A stretch of DNA of 64,000 bases from positions 18,147 to 82,146 of the IMG/VR virus record IMGVR_UViG_3300049002_000006; one strand, given 5' to 3'. Positions within the stretch are counted from its first letter, which is position 1, and each line of letters starts with the position of its first letter. Origin of the DNA: a virus. The notes beneath the pieces are model-generated. The model worked only from the letters and a program-made list of their open reading frames with translations, had not been told where the DNA came from and ran no database searches. Made by a program: the position numbers and the translations under genes. Shown piece by piece: positions 55,481-63,999 of this stretch.

Positions 55481-56251
55481 TCACTTCTCGCCCGTTTTTT
55501 GCTTCATCAGATTCCACAATTCATTCGGATTAGTCAGACTGTGCATCCAGCTTTGTAGAGGATGTGTGGCCGAATCGTGTTGTGGTGTCCAGATCATGAA
55601 TGTCATACTTCCGTATTTCTCTAACTGAGCCACACGTAGCAGGAGTTCTAACCAACACTGAAAACTGAACCCGCTATAGTCGAGTTGATTCATGCAATCG
55701 TGCAGCACGTACCTGATTTGGCGGGCGAACAGCTTGTCTGTCTTTGCTGCTTCCTCGACTCTACAAACGAAAGCCTGATAATTGTCCAAGGACTTTTGCA
55801 TGATCTTACTTGCCTGGTCGAAAGAACCTGCCGGCCAGCCCCAATGATCGAAGTAGCTGAGGGTCTTTTTTAACCGGTCCGACACTTTTACTTGAGAAAG
55901 GTCTTTAGTCGATTGTTCGGTGTATCGGACGAAGGCGTCCTTGATCTGGACATACTTGTCCGTAAATGCTCCGGTACTGCGAACTACCGGAGCATAATCC
56001 CAGGTCAGCATCTTGATAAGGTTTTCCAACGTCTCGTTGATGTCTTCTCGGGTGTAGTGTTTGTCTAACTTCATCAGGTTCGTAGCCCACTTAGTCCTGC
56101 TAACCTTCTTTGGGGGCATCAGGCCCCGAGTCCGCAGAACTTCCATTAGCCTGTCTGTAGCGTCGAAATGCCATTGGTCCGGCTGCGCCTCGCGTGCGTG
56201 CGTGTGCGTGTGCGTGTGCGTGTCGGATTCATTTTGGAATATGGGTCGCAT
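55481..56251 (-). CDS. Replication-associated protein (initiator C-domain-like)
   Basis: CAGGAG RBS; KW...LMKL, PVVRS..AF.DKY; lies between origin-like region and helicase. Confidence 0.5.
   Translation of the reverse strand: MRPIFQNESDTHTHTHTHAREAQPDQWHFDATDRLMEVLRTRGLMPPKKVSRTKWATNLMKLDKHYTREDINETLENLIKMLTWDYAPVVRSTGAFTDKYVQIKDAFVRYTEQSTKDLSQVKVSDRLKKTLSYFDHWGWPAGSFDQASKIMQKSLDNYQAFVCRVEEAAKTDKLFARQIRYVLHDCMNQLDYSGFSFQCWLELLLRVAQLEKYGSMTFMIWTPQHDSATHPLQSWMHSLTNPNELWNLMKQKTGEK
56200..56223 (+). repeat. (GCGTGT)4 microsatellite encoding THTHTHTH on the - strand
   Basis: Read directly from sequence. Confidence 0.85.
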
Positions 56252-56443
56252 TGAACTCTCCTGATATTCGTTTGATAATTAGAACGAGGTTCCCTCTTCC
56301 ACTTCCTGCGCACGGCACTACCTTTTTCGCAATGTAGAATGCCCCCTCCTATTCACCAAATGGTAGATAGATCCATCTGGCATACTCCGTCGTCCGCAGA
56401 CCGCGCCAGCGGTTGCGGCGACACTGTTTTGTGATCGAAAGAG

Positions 56444-56507
56444 TTTTTGCTTATATATAGTTCCTGCAGAATTTGCAGATTGTGTCTGCAACGTTTGCAG
56501 ATTTGAC
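56444..56507. other. Candidate replication origin: two 22-bp iterons beside an AT-rich patch
   Basis: CTGCAGAATTTGCAGATTGTGT (56464) and CTGCAACGTTTGCAGATTTGAC (56486); TTTTTGCTTATATATAG adjacent. Confidence 0.45.
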
Positions 56508-56516
56508 ATTCTACGG

Positions 56517-56960
56517 TCAGCCGTTTTTGAACTCTTCCCATTTCTTTCGGAGTCGTTCTTCTTTGCTAATTTGTAGTGCTTCCATGATCTTTAACACGTT
56601 GATTTGGACAAATCTTTTAGGCGGTGATCCTTTTAGTCTGGTTCGTAGAAATTCTCTCTTTTTAAGGTCAGAAATCACATAGTATTGGGAGCGTTTTGAC
56701 ATGAAAGGAAAGGCTTCTGATATGAAGGTTTCCGAAGCCCAAAACCAGCCATGGAATCGCTTCCCTTTGTTCTCCCGAAGTCGTCCTATGAACTCTTCTC
56801 GGTCCATTAAATGTGACAGGAGCAACACGGAGGATTCCGGCATTATCTGGAATAATTCCTTAAAAATAGGCATATAGCTGTTCCCAGGAGCAAGGAGTTT
56901 TCGAGCTATACCAGAGTATTCGTCGGCAGAGAAGGTGCGTGAAGAATCTGGACGCGACAT
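56517..56960 (-). CDS. Replication initiator-like winged-helix protein
   Basis: LLLSHL, GWFW.S...I.E....S.R.Q...I..LKK..FL....KG.P.KRF..IN. Confidence 0.65.
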   Translation of the reverse strand: MSRPDSSRTFSADEYSGIARKLLAPGNSYMPIFKELFQIMPESSVLLLSHLMDREEFIGRLRENKGKRFHGWFWASETFISEAFPFMSKRSQYYVISDLKKREFLRTRLKGSPPKRFVQINVLKIMEALQISKEERLRKKWEEFKNG

Positions 56961-56991
56961 TGAAGGTTCCCCTTTTCCCCGTGTGGAAGTA

Positions 56992-57070
56992 AGGCGGGGG
57001 GAAGATGCCCCGGGGAAGGAAGACATCGACAGATAGCTAGTCTGCCCCCCGCCTATTCGTCATTGTATCA
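56992..57070 (-). promoter_or_regulatory. Extended -10 promoter and GC-rich leader hairpin ahead of the initiator gene
   Basis: TGATACAAT on - strand (57062-57070); stem AGGCGGGGGG/CCCCCCGCCT. Confidence 0.4.
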
Positions 57071-57109
57071 AGAGTCGTTCACGGAGTTTTGCCGTCGCCC
57101 GTCAGATTG

Positions 57110-57195
57110 CATTATCGCCCGTTTGCGGGCCGATCTAGTGTCAGACGTGATTTAGCCCGCCCGCTACTAGATCGGCCCTTAGACGACGTTCTAGG
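57110..57195. repeat. Dispersed quasi-palindromic element, copy E
   Basis: CGTTTGCGGGCCGATCTAGTGTCAG; GGCCGATC(57128)-N34-GATCGGCC(57170). Confidence 0.7.
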
Positions 57196-57532
57196 CCCCT
57201 TGGGATTTGGGCCTAATTTCGTACACCTCGATTCGGTCCACACCTTGTAAAACCAGTGCGTTGAGGTCTTCTCCTCCGTTGACCCATTGCAGTAGACTGT
57301 TTCTGATCGATTCCATGTCAACCTCCTCGTCTACCTGAAGATCTTTCATGAAGACGAAGAATCGCAGGTTGTCCACGTCTTCTATGTGGCCTTTACGGAT
57401 TGGCGGAATGTAAGTGCCGTCCCGGAGCCTACCGACCACTTCGTCCGCCAGAGCCGCAGCCGCCCCCATGTCCCCTTTCAGGACGGCCACGGCCATCATT
57501 TCCATGTCAGTTAGAGCCATTATTCCGGCCAC
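57191..57532 (-). CDS. Hypothetical protein
   Basis: ORF in operon. Confidence 0.5.
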   Translation of the reverse strand: MAGIMALTDMEMMAVAVLKGDMGAAAALADEVVGRLRDGTYIPPIRKGHIEDVDNLRFFVFMKDLQVDEEVDMESIRNSLLQWVNGGEDLNALVLQGVDRIEVYEIRPKSQGA

Positions 57533-58041
57533 CAGGGGTTAGAAGATTCGTCCGTCCAGACCCAGAGGGATTCGGTCGTGCAAACGAGCGGGCCCAGGAC
57601 CCCGCCGGCCCGCCACTCGTAAACCTGCACCTTGACGTAATATCCGTCTACGGCAATCGGGAACTGTGGATAGGTTTGTCCTCCTGACGTCGAAGGTAGA
57701 TGATTTGACCACACCGACATCGGCTGGTTGGTCTTCGCCCCGCCCGGACCGGGCACCACCATCATCTGGTACGTCAGGTAGGTCGTTGCGAGTGTACTGT
57801 CGGGCTGAACGTACATAACGACCCAGTAGGTCGCGTTCACGTCGAGGCCGCTCACGCCGTACAGCAGGTTGATCCACTGATCGACTCGGCCTAGACTGGA
57901 TAGTTCTGCCCGGCCGCCTTCCATCCAGGACACGGTGACTGTGGGCAGGGGCGGCGGAGGTGGTGCAGGCGGACCGCCCATCGGCTGACCGAACACAGCG
58001 CTGCCGAGGGCAGCGACCGTCAGACACAGAAACTTCTTCAT
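57520..58041 (-). CDS. Secreted protein with Pro-rich linker
   Basis: Signal peptide MKKFLCLTVAALGSAVFG; PPAPPPPP; AGGAG RBS. Confidence 0.6.
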   Translation of the reverse strand: MKKFLCLTVAALGSAVFGQPMGGPPAPPPPPLPTVTVSWMEGGRAELSSLGRVDQWINLLYGVSGLDVNATYWVVMYVQPDSTLATTYLTYQMMVVPGPGGAKTNQPMSVWSNHLPSTSGGQTYPQFPIAVDGYYVKVQVYEWRAGGVLGPLVCTTESLWVWTDESSNPWWPE

Positions 58042-58068
58042 ATCGACTCTCCTAATGGAGTTGGGGCG

Positions 58069-58281
58069 CTAATTACCGTCCGGCACTGTCTGCCCTGGGG
58101 CGATCTGTTCGCCGTTCATCAATCTGACGATAGGGTTATTATCCCTATTGCTTCCTTTTGCCCACGCCAAGGCCGATACCATACCCATGATGCAGATTCT
58201 TTGGTCCTTCGATAATCCAGGATAAACAATTTCTTGTGCAAGTCGGTCGATTACTGATTGAACCTCTTCTAAGGGTCTCAT
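58069..58281 (-). CDS. Hypothetical protein
   Basis: ATGA-coupled to primase. Confidence 0.5.
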   Translation of the reverse strand: MRPLEEVQSVIDRLAQEIVYPGLSKDQRICIMGMVSALAWAKGSNRDNNPIVRLMNGEQIAPGQTVPDGN

Positions 58282-59150
58282 ACTAAGAACCTCTTTCGCA
58301 AGGCGATTATTTCCTTCTTTGGGGCGGACGCTGGGTCCTTCCCCCCGATCCGGACTAGATAAGTCTCGCCTTCTAATCCTTCTAGTTCGGAGCAGAGTCG
58401 TTCGGCCCGCCGCTGGGCCCGTGGTTCGTTGTCCAGACAGATCGCTCGTATCGGGTACGACGCGATGCAGTCTATTTGGTTTTTGGTGTACGTTACGCCC
58501 ATCGTGGCGACGGCTCCAGGTCCGACTTTCATGGCGTCGAACGGGCCTTCATGAACCACCACAGAGTGTCCGGCCAGGTGCCCCCCAAATAAGTAGTCTT
58601 TAGCAGGATAGACCTCTGCTCCGGGCTCAGCGTTTCGGTATCTAAGTACCACTTGAGGGTCGATAGATCGAGTAGTCCAGGACACCTGAAGTCCTGTTTG
58701 GTCGTAGATTGGGATGTAAATTCGCCATGCGAGGTCCCCGGCGAATGGCCCCAAGCCCTGGACATCGTATCTCCTTTGCAGTAAAGCGGGCGAGAAGCCC
58801 CGATCTATCAGATAGCACTTGTGAGCCCGGAGAAGCGGGCCTAAGCCCTTTGGAACGACTAGTGTGCCCTTCGGCCTGACTACTTTCGGAATCCAGCCCT
58901 TGTCGAGGTCTTTGGTAAGAGTCAGGATTTCCTTGATCGGCCTGGTCGCTGCCTCGGCCAGGGTGTCGCCTAGTCGGTGTCCACCGCAGACCCAACAAGC
59001 ACAATAGCTGCCTCGCAGATTAATTCCTAGATGCCATTTGCCAGTTCGACACCAGATACATTTGATTTGAGCCCAGCCCGGCCGGCAGTGGTGGTCGCCT
59101 TCCGTCTTGTAGTCGATCCCGAGGGCTTTTAGGACGTCAATGATCGTCAT
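58278..59150 (-). CDS. DNA primase (Zn-binding plus TOPRIM)
   Basis: CIWC...CWVCG; RIYIPI; EGPFDA; CLDNE; KDP. Confidence 0.88.
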   Translation of the reverse strand: MTIIDVLKALGIDYKTEGDHHCRPGWAQIKCIWCRTGKWHLGINLRGSYCACWVCGGHRLGDTLAEAATRPIKEILTLTKDLDKGWIPKVVRPKGTLVVPKGLGPLLRAHKCYLIDRGFSPALLQRRYDVQGLGPFAGDLAWRIYIPIYDQTGLQVSWTTRSIDPQVVLRYRNAEPGAEVYPAKDYLFGGHLAGHSVVVHEGPFDAMKVGPGAVATMGVTYTKNQIDCIASYPIRAICLDNEPRAQRRAERLCSELEGLEGETYLVRIGGKDPASAPKKEIIALRKRFLV

Positions 59151-59320
59151 TTGGTTTCCAATACTGCGTCCTTCTTGGCGTATTCTTCCATGAACTTACG
59201 GAGTTCCTTCGTCATGTCTGTCCCTCGTCGGGCACAGGCGGCTTTGAACCTTTCCCGCAAGATTTTTGGGACGTTCTTCAGGAACAGACAACAGGTGTTG
59301 GGTTTAGGCTTGTTCGTCAT
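59147..59320 (-). CDS. Ribbon-helix-helix DNA-binding protein
   Basis: L.LKNVP..LRERFKAACA..G..M...LR.FM.EY. Confidence 0.65.
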   Translation of the reverse strand: MTNKPKPNTCCLFLKNVPKILRERFKAACARRGTDMTKELRKFMEEYAKKDAVLETK

Positions 59321-59519
59321 TGATTTCCCTGCGGGTTCGGAGGGCAACGTTCAACATGTATAATTGGTTGGCTTCTGTCTTAGGAAGACCTTCTATGAGT
59401 TTCCGATAGCTCTCTTCCCAGAACCAGGCTAGTTTCTCGTATCTATAAGCGAGCCGGATAAAACCAAGACACAGGAGCATCTCCACTAGACACGCTATCT
59501 GAAGGAATTCAATCATCAT
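59304..59519 (-). CDS. Small membrane protein
   Basis: N-terminal hydrophobic helix. Confidence 0.45.
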   Translation of the reverse strand: MMIEFLQIACLVEMLLCLGFIRLAYRYEKLAWFWEESYRKLIEGLPKTEANQLYMLNVALRTRREINDEQA

Positions 59520-60880
59520 TTCCCTTTGTTGACGAGGTAATTTTCTAAAGCGTCGAACATCTTGATTTCTTCCTTCTCAACCTTGCCGTCGAACGTCATG
59601 CTGAGCACCTTCCTTTTTGTCGTGAGAGTCCTGCACATAAATTCGTCTATTGTTCCGACTGCTGCCATCATGTAAATCATGGACGTTTTGCCCTCGACGC
59701 CCCGTCCCAGTCCGTGAATCCGGCCGGCGGCTTGATCCAACTCTCCGGGGGTCCATGGGAACTCACCGACCATGACGTGTTGAATGCCCAGACCGTTCCA
59801 ACCTACGCCGGCCGCCTGTGTGTTTCCGAATAGCAGTCTTGTGTGTTTGTTTTCCACGATGGCGTCGAACGCTGCTTGCCGTTTCTTTCCTGTCACCTGG
59901 CCGGTGACCTTTACGGCGATGTCACCGTAGTAGGTTGTGAGATGACCCAGGAAGTCTAAATGGTTGCCGAACGTAATCAGCTTTGACGGACTCTCTTCTA
60001 GAAAGTTGGAGATCCACTCTTTCAGAACAGGGAGTTTCAACTCGCCGACTAGCTTCCTGAGGTAGATCAGCTTGGCTAGTCGCTCCGCCCGTCTCGCCCG
60101 GTTGGCTCGTTCCATGCTCGTCGCTGCCAACCATTTAATGATGTCGCGTTCGGCCCGGTCGTATTCGTCCTTCCTGGGCAATTCGATTGGGAGTGTAATC
60201 CATTGAATCGCCGGCAAGTCTTTGAGGACGTCCTGTTTCCGTCTGCGCACCATTACGTTTTTCTTGAGGATTCGGTGTAGTTCTGGTATCCTTTCCGCCC
60301 CCGGGTATCTTGTGCCCCACTGCGACTTCTCTGGTGCACAGTATCGGTTACCGTAGAGCCAGAAGTTCGGCCACAGGTCGGGCCGAAGCATGTTCAAGAT
60401 CGGCCACAATTCAATAGGTCTGTTTGTCATAGGCGTCCCGGACAAAGACACCATCTTCTTTGCCAGTACGGAAAGGACTTTGGCGGCTTTAGTCCTTTTT
60501 ACGTTGCGAGTTTTACAATAATGGACTTCGTCAAGGACGAGCAAAGAGAAAATGTTTTTGGTCAGAAGCGGGAGCCAGGACCACAGGACGTCATAGTTGA
60601 TGATGTAGATTTGTCCAGGAGGTAGCACTGGCGGGTGCGTTCTGGAACCGAGTTGTACGGCCCGGGCCTTAATGTGCTTCCAGCATTCACGCTCCCAGTT
60701 GATTTTGATGGACTTCGGGCAGACGACGAGCATCCGGCCGGTCCGGACGAATATCTTATAATACCATAGGGCTTGGGCGGTTTTTCCAAGGCCCATTTCG
60801 TCCGCCAATAGCGCTCGGCCTCCGAACTTGTGTATCTTCCGGACGCCGATGCGTTGGTAGCCGTACAGTTTAGGACTCAT
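59516..60880 (-). CDS. SNF2-family helicase
   Basis: LADEMGLGKT, LDEVH, LSGTP, QAAGRIH. Confidence 0.92.
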   Translation of the reverse strand: MSPKLYGYQRIGVRKIHKFGGRALLADEMGLGKTAQALWYYKIFVRTGRMLVVCPKSIKINWERECWKHIKARAVQLGSRTHPPVLPPGQIYIINYDVLWSWLPLLTKNIFSLLVLDEVHYCKTRNVKRTKAAKVLSVLAKKMVSLSGTPMTNRPIELWPILNMLRPDLWPNFWLYGNRYCAPEKSQWGTRYPGAERIPELHRILKKNVMVRRRKQDVLKDLPAIQWITLPIELPRKDEYDRAERDIIKWLAATSMERANRARRAERLAKLIYLRKLVGELKLPVLKEWISNFLEESPSKLITFGNHLDFLGHLTTYYGDIAVKVTGQVTGKKRQAAFDAIVENKHTRLLFGNTQAAGVGWNGLGIQHVMVGEFPWTPGELDQAAGRIHGLGRGVEGKTSMIYMMAAVGTIDEFMCRTLTTKRKVLSMTFDGKVEKEEIKMFDALENYLVNKGK

Positions 60881-61383
60881 ACAGCGGCTTTCACTTCTTG
60901 GAAGGCGTTTCGGATGCGGGCCTGGGACCAGCCAGAGTCCTTCAGATACAACCAGATCGACGTTCGTACGGTTTCGGCGGTGACACCGAGCTTCCGGAGT
61001 TTATTGAGGACGTACTCCGGCGGCTCGAAGACGGTGTTGACCACTTGTTGACCGTCCACTGACAGTCTGTTCAGGACTTCTTTCAGGTCGGATAATGCCG
61101 GCCCGGCTGGTACCGGAAATCGAGTCAGGTCGAAGTCGCGGACGAGTCTCTTTCGGTCTCTGACTACTTGCCGGACTACTCGCGTCAGGCCCCCGAGGAC
61201 TTCCCACCAGACTTTCGTTGTCAGTGCTCCTTTGCTCTCATCGTACTCGCGCCACGCCTCGCAGAAGGCCAGGTTGGCTTCGGCTATCAGGTCTTCTTCC
61301 GGAATGCGGAATTGTCGCTTGACGGCGTTGACTTCTTTCAGGATCATGAGTCTTACGGATTCATATGCCTCTGTTTCGTCCAT
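60877..61383 (-). CDS. Sigma-factor-like protein
   Basis: EDLIAEANLAF.EAW..YD.SKG.LTT (sigma region 2-like). Confidence 0.6.
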   Translation of the reverse strand: MDETEAYESVRLMILKEVNAVKRQFRIPEEDLIAEANLAFCEAWREYDESKGALTTKVWWEVLGGLTRVVRQVVRDRKRLVRDFDLTRFPVPAGPALSDLKEVLNRLSVDGQQVVNTVFEPPEYVLNKLRKLGVTAETVRTSIWLYLKDSGWSQARIRNAFQEVKAAV

Positions 61384-61419
61384 GACGAGTCTCTTGAGGT
61401 ATAATCGGTCTAATCTTGT

Positions 61420-62184
61420 TTATACTACTGCCACCTCTGCCGGCAAGGCGTTCAGTAGAAGGTTTTTGAAGTTTAGTAGCCGCTTCGGCTGGGTCAGCGG
61501 ATCGTACTGATTGACGGTGACGCCGTAGGCGATCAGCAGGTCGAGGGCCGTTCTGCTTTTTGCCTCCCGCCGGAACTGGTAGTCACAGGCCCGGACCTTC
61601 TCGGGGGCGATCAGGTTCCGCCAACTCCCTTGCTGACGGGTGATGGTCATGAGGATGTGGTCCGACTCCTGTTCGTCTAATTGGATCTTTGTGAGGCTAT
61701 CGATCCATGTCGTGCAGTCGAATAGCCCCAGCTTGAACGAGTCGATCAACTGCTCCAGGTAGTCGTCTAGGTCCGGGCGGCTGTCGTCGGTCGATACGTC
61801 TAGCACGGACGACGTATGCCGCTTCTTATCCAATTCGCCGAAGCAGAATCCGGCCTTGACGTTCTCCGCAGTGAACCGTCCGCCGATGTACCCGACGACG
61901 GCCTTGCGGCGGGCGTTGCTAGACTGGACACACAGAGTCGGGACGAATAGCGTCTTTTCGGTCATGTTCAGGTCGAAAGCCGCGACCAAATCACTCCCGT
62001 CCTTATTCATCCAGAGTCGCTTGGCGATCAGCGGGATTTTCCTCCTTCGTAGTTCGGCTTCGACGGCCTCGACCAGAACGTCATGCGGTAGAGCCGTCCA
62101 TCGAAAGCCGGACCCTTCGGGGGCCTCGGGGGGCTTGACTTTTTTCAGGTCGCTTGGGTAGCATAGCTTGGTGTAGTGAATCAT
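61420..62184 (-). CDS. DUF932-like protein
   Basis: W..LPH..LV..V, SSN.R..A, KRHT. Confidence 0.55.
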   Translation of the reverse strand: MIHYTKLCYPSDLKKVKPPEAPEGSGFRWTALPHDVLVEAVEAELRRRKIPLIAKRLWMNKDGSDLVAAFDLNMTEKTLFVPTLCVQSSNARRKAVVGYIGGRFTAENVKAGFCFGELDKKRHTSSVLDVSTDDSRPDLDDYLEQLIDSFKLGLFDCTTWIDSLTKIQLDEQESDHILMTITRQQGSWRNLIAPEKVRACDYQFRREAKSRTALDLLIAYGVTVNQYDPLTQPKRLLNFKNLLLNALPAEVAVV

Positions 62185-62396
62185 TTCTTCTCCTTAGGAA
62201 GGTTTTCGAGTAAAATTATCATTGTGCCCCACATGATCGGATGGATCTTGCCGTGAGTGTCTTTCGTCCTGAGTACGGTATTCGGACCTAGACGGTCGTC
62301 AGGCGACATGACTAGTTGGAAGTTATGCCGTGGGTCAGGGTCTGATGCCAGTACGAATCCTTTGTTGTAAGGAGTCCGTTCGATTAGTTGTTCCAT
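62181..62396 (-). CDS. Hypothetical protein
   Basis: AAGGA RBS. Confidence 0.5.
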   Translation of the reverse strand: MEQLIERTPYNKGFVLASDPDPRHNFQLVMSPDDRLGPNTVLRTKDTHGKIHPIMWGTMIILLENLPKEKK

Positions 62397-62406
62397 TTTC
62401 TTATCC

Positions 62407-62718
62407 TTAAATGAAGGCTCCGGGGACAGTTCCGATCAGTGGGGCGTACCGGTTATAGAATTCTCGGATAGACGTTTGGAACGCTTGTCCGCTCAGGTGT
62501 AGTTCGATGTGTGGGATCCACGTCTGCCCTTCGTATTCTACCGGCAGAAATTGCATGTATCGCCACCGGACGGCCACGACCGTTAAGTGCAGTTGGAATC
62601 CACTTTTCCATATTGTCGTAGATGCAATCTCGTGGCCGACTTGAGGAACTGCCGGCATCACTGTCGGCCAGAATTCGTTTCGCAGGTCGAGATTTGTGTG
62701 GCAGTGAACGCGGATCAT
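62407..62718 (-). CDS. Hypothetical protein
   Basis: AAGGAG RBS; V.C.TNLD...E.WP......P.VG. Confidence 0.55.
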   Translation of the reverse strand: MIRVHCHTNLDLRNEFWPTVMPAVPQVGHEIASTTIWKSGFQLHLTVVAVRWRYMQFLPVEYEGQTWIPHIELHLSGQAFQTSIREFYNRYAPLIGTVPGAFI

Positions 62719-62736
62719 ATCTTCTCCTTAGGTAGA

Positions 62737-62886
62737 CTATCGGTGAAATCCCAGGCACAAACCGATCCCGGCTAACAGTAAAACCAACGACAGAATCAGG
62801 CAGATAAACCCGAGAATGAAAAAAACCAGACCCGCGTCTGCTGGGGGCAGGTCTGGCCAATCACGGTAGTCATCGTATTCGTTCAT
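62737..62886 (-). CDS. Small membrane protein
   Basis: Hydrophobic helix LVFFILGFICLILSLVLLLAGIGL. Confidence 0.45.
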   Translation of the reverse strand: MNEYDDYRDWPDLPPADAGLVFFILGFICLILSLVLLLAGIGLCLGFHR

Positions 62887-62944
62887 CGGCTGGGTTCCTT
62901 CATTGTAAGGAGTTTGTTTGATTAACTGTTCCGTCTTATTCTCT

Positions 62945-63589
62945 TTACGATTGATGGAATTGCACAACCCACTCATTCGGGAGCGAGTCCATTTCCTGGA
63001 ACATTCTTGCTATTGTGTGGTAGGATACTCCGTGAATGTTTCGCCTTGAGGCCACAGCAGGATCGCAGATTGCCTGGACGATACACACAGGTATTTCATA
63101 TGCTTTGGCTATCTGCCAATATGGTGCGATTTGCCACAATTTGATATTGGTGTTATCAACAATCAGAATGTGATTTTGGTCTTTCTGTTGGGATTGGATG
63201 TTTTCGATGTAGGCTCGGAGGCAGGCGGCGTGTGCTTCTTGGAGTTTGGCTGGATTAAATTCGTACTTATCTCCTTTCAGAAAGAAGTGGTCGGCCGATA
63301 TTATCTTCGCGACCGGGCTGAGTTTGCTGGCAAACGTGGTTTTGCCCGATCCGGGAATTCCGCGCATGATGTAGATGTTCATATCGTTTCTGGTCAGATG
63401 TGTGACTTTTTCACAAAACAGGAAATTGATGCAGTGCTGGTTAATCTGGTCAGTGCCGACTTCCGGAAATAATTCTCGGAGCCGCTTGATCGAACGGGAC
63501 CAGCTATGAACGACTCCGCTGAGGTTGCAGGAGTCTTGGACTTGGAGAGCCTCAGCGGCGAGTTGGGCGAGCGTTCGGTTGTCAGTCAC
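62945..63589 (-). CDS. AAA_33 P-loop kinase with N-terminal extra domain
   Basis: MRGIPGSGKTT, ISADHFF, IVDNTN, RN.HGV....I.RM. Confidence 0.8.
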   Translation of the reverse strand: MTDNRTLAQLAAEALQVQDSCNLSGVVHSWSRSIKRLRELFPEVGTDQINQHCINFLFCEKVTHLTRNDMNIYIMRGIPGSGKTTFASKLSPVAKIISADHFFLKGDKYEFNPAKLQEAHAACLRAYIENIQSQQKDQNHILIVDNTNIKLWQIAPYWQIAKAYEIPVCIVQAICDPAVASRRNIHGVSYHTIARMFQEMDSLPNEWVVQFHQS

Positions 63590-63999
63590 TTGACGATCTC
63601 CAGTTGGAGTTTGTTGGCCTGGACTTTAACTTGCCGGCCCATCAGGACCGTTTCTACGGTGTAGTTCGTGCCGTCGATCTTCGTGACGGCCCCTTCGAGG
63701 AACTGGTAGATGCCTTCTTTGATGCGGACTTTCTCGCCGACGGCCGGGCCGACTTTCGCCGCGTCGTACGGATTTTCTTTGGTCTTCTTCGTGCCGGTGC
63801 CCCGGATCAGGATGATGGCCGCCTCGTAGGTCTCGATGGGCACCGGTTTCCAATTTCGGACTTGCTTGATTTCGTCGTGTTCGGTCATGATGACTTCGCC
63901 GGTTTCTTTGTCTCGACGGACGTAGAACATCTTGCCCCCCGTGTCTTTATCGACGACCACGCCCATCGCCGGTCGTAGTTCTTTCGGCGGTCTAGGCAT
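63586..63999 (-). CDS. KOW/NusG C-terminal-domain protein (may be 5' truncated)
   Basis: VGEKVRIKEG.Y....G.V..ID......V....MGR...V. Confidence 0.6.
   Translation of the reverse strand: MPRPPKELRPAMGVVVDKDTGGKMFYVRRDKETGEVIMTEHDEIKQVRNWKPVPIETYEAAIILIRGTGTKKTKENPYDAAKVGPAVGEKVRIKEGIYQFLEGAVTKIDGTNYTVETVLMGRQVKVQANKLQLEIVK

Noticed and set aside
56200-56223. Phase-variable switch at (GCGTGT)4
   Set aside because: A 6-nt unit preserves the reading frame and only four copies are present
34435-57195. Repeat elements as a CRISPR array or IS/MITE ends
   Set aside because: They are dispersed rather than tandem, lack target-site duplications, and no cas or transposase gene is present
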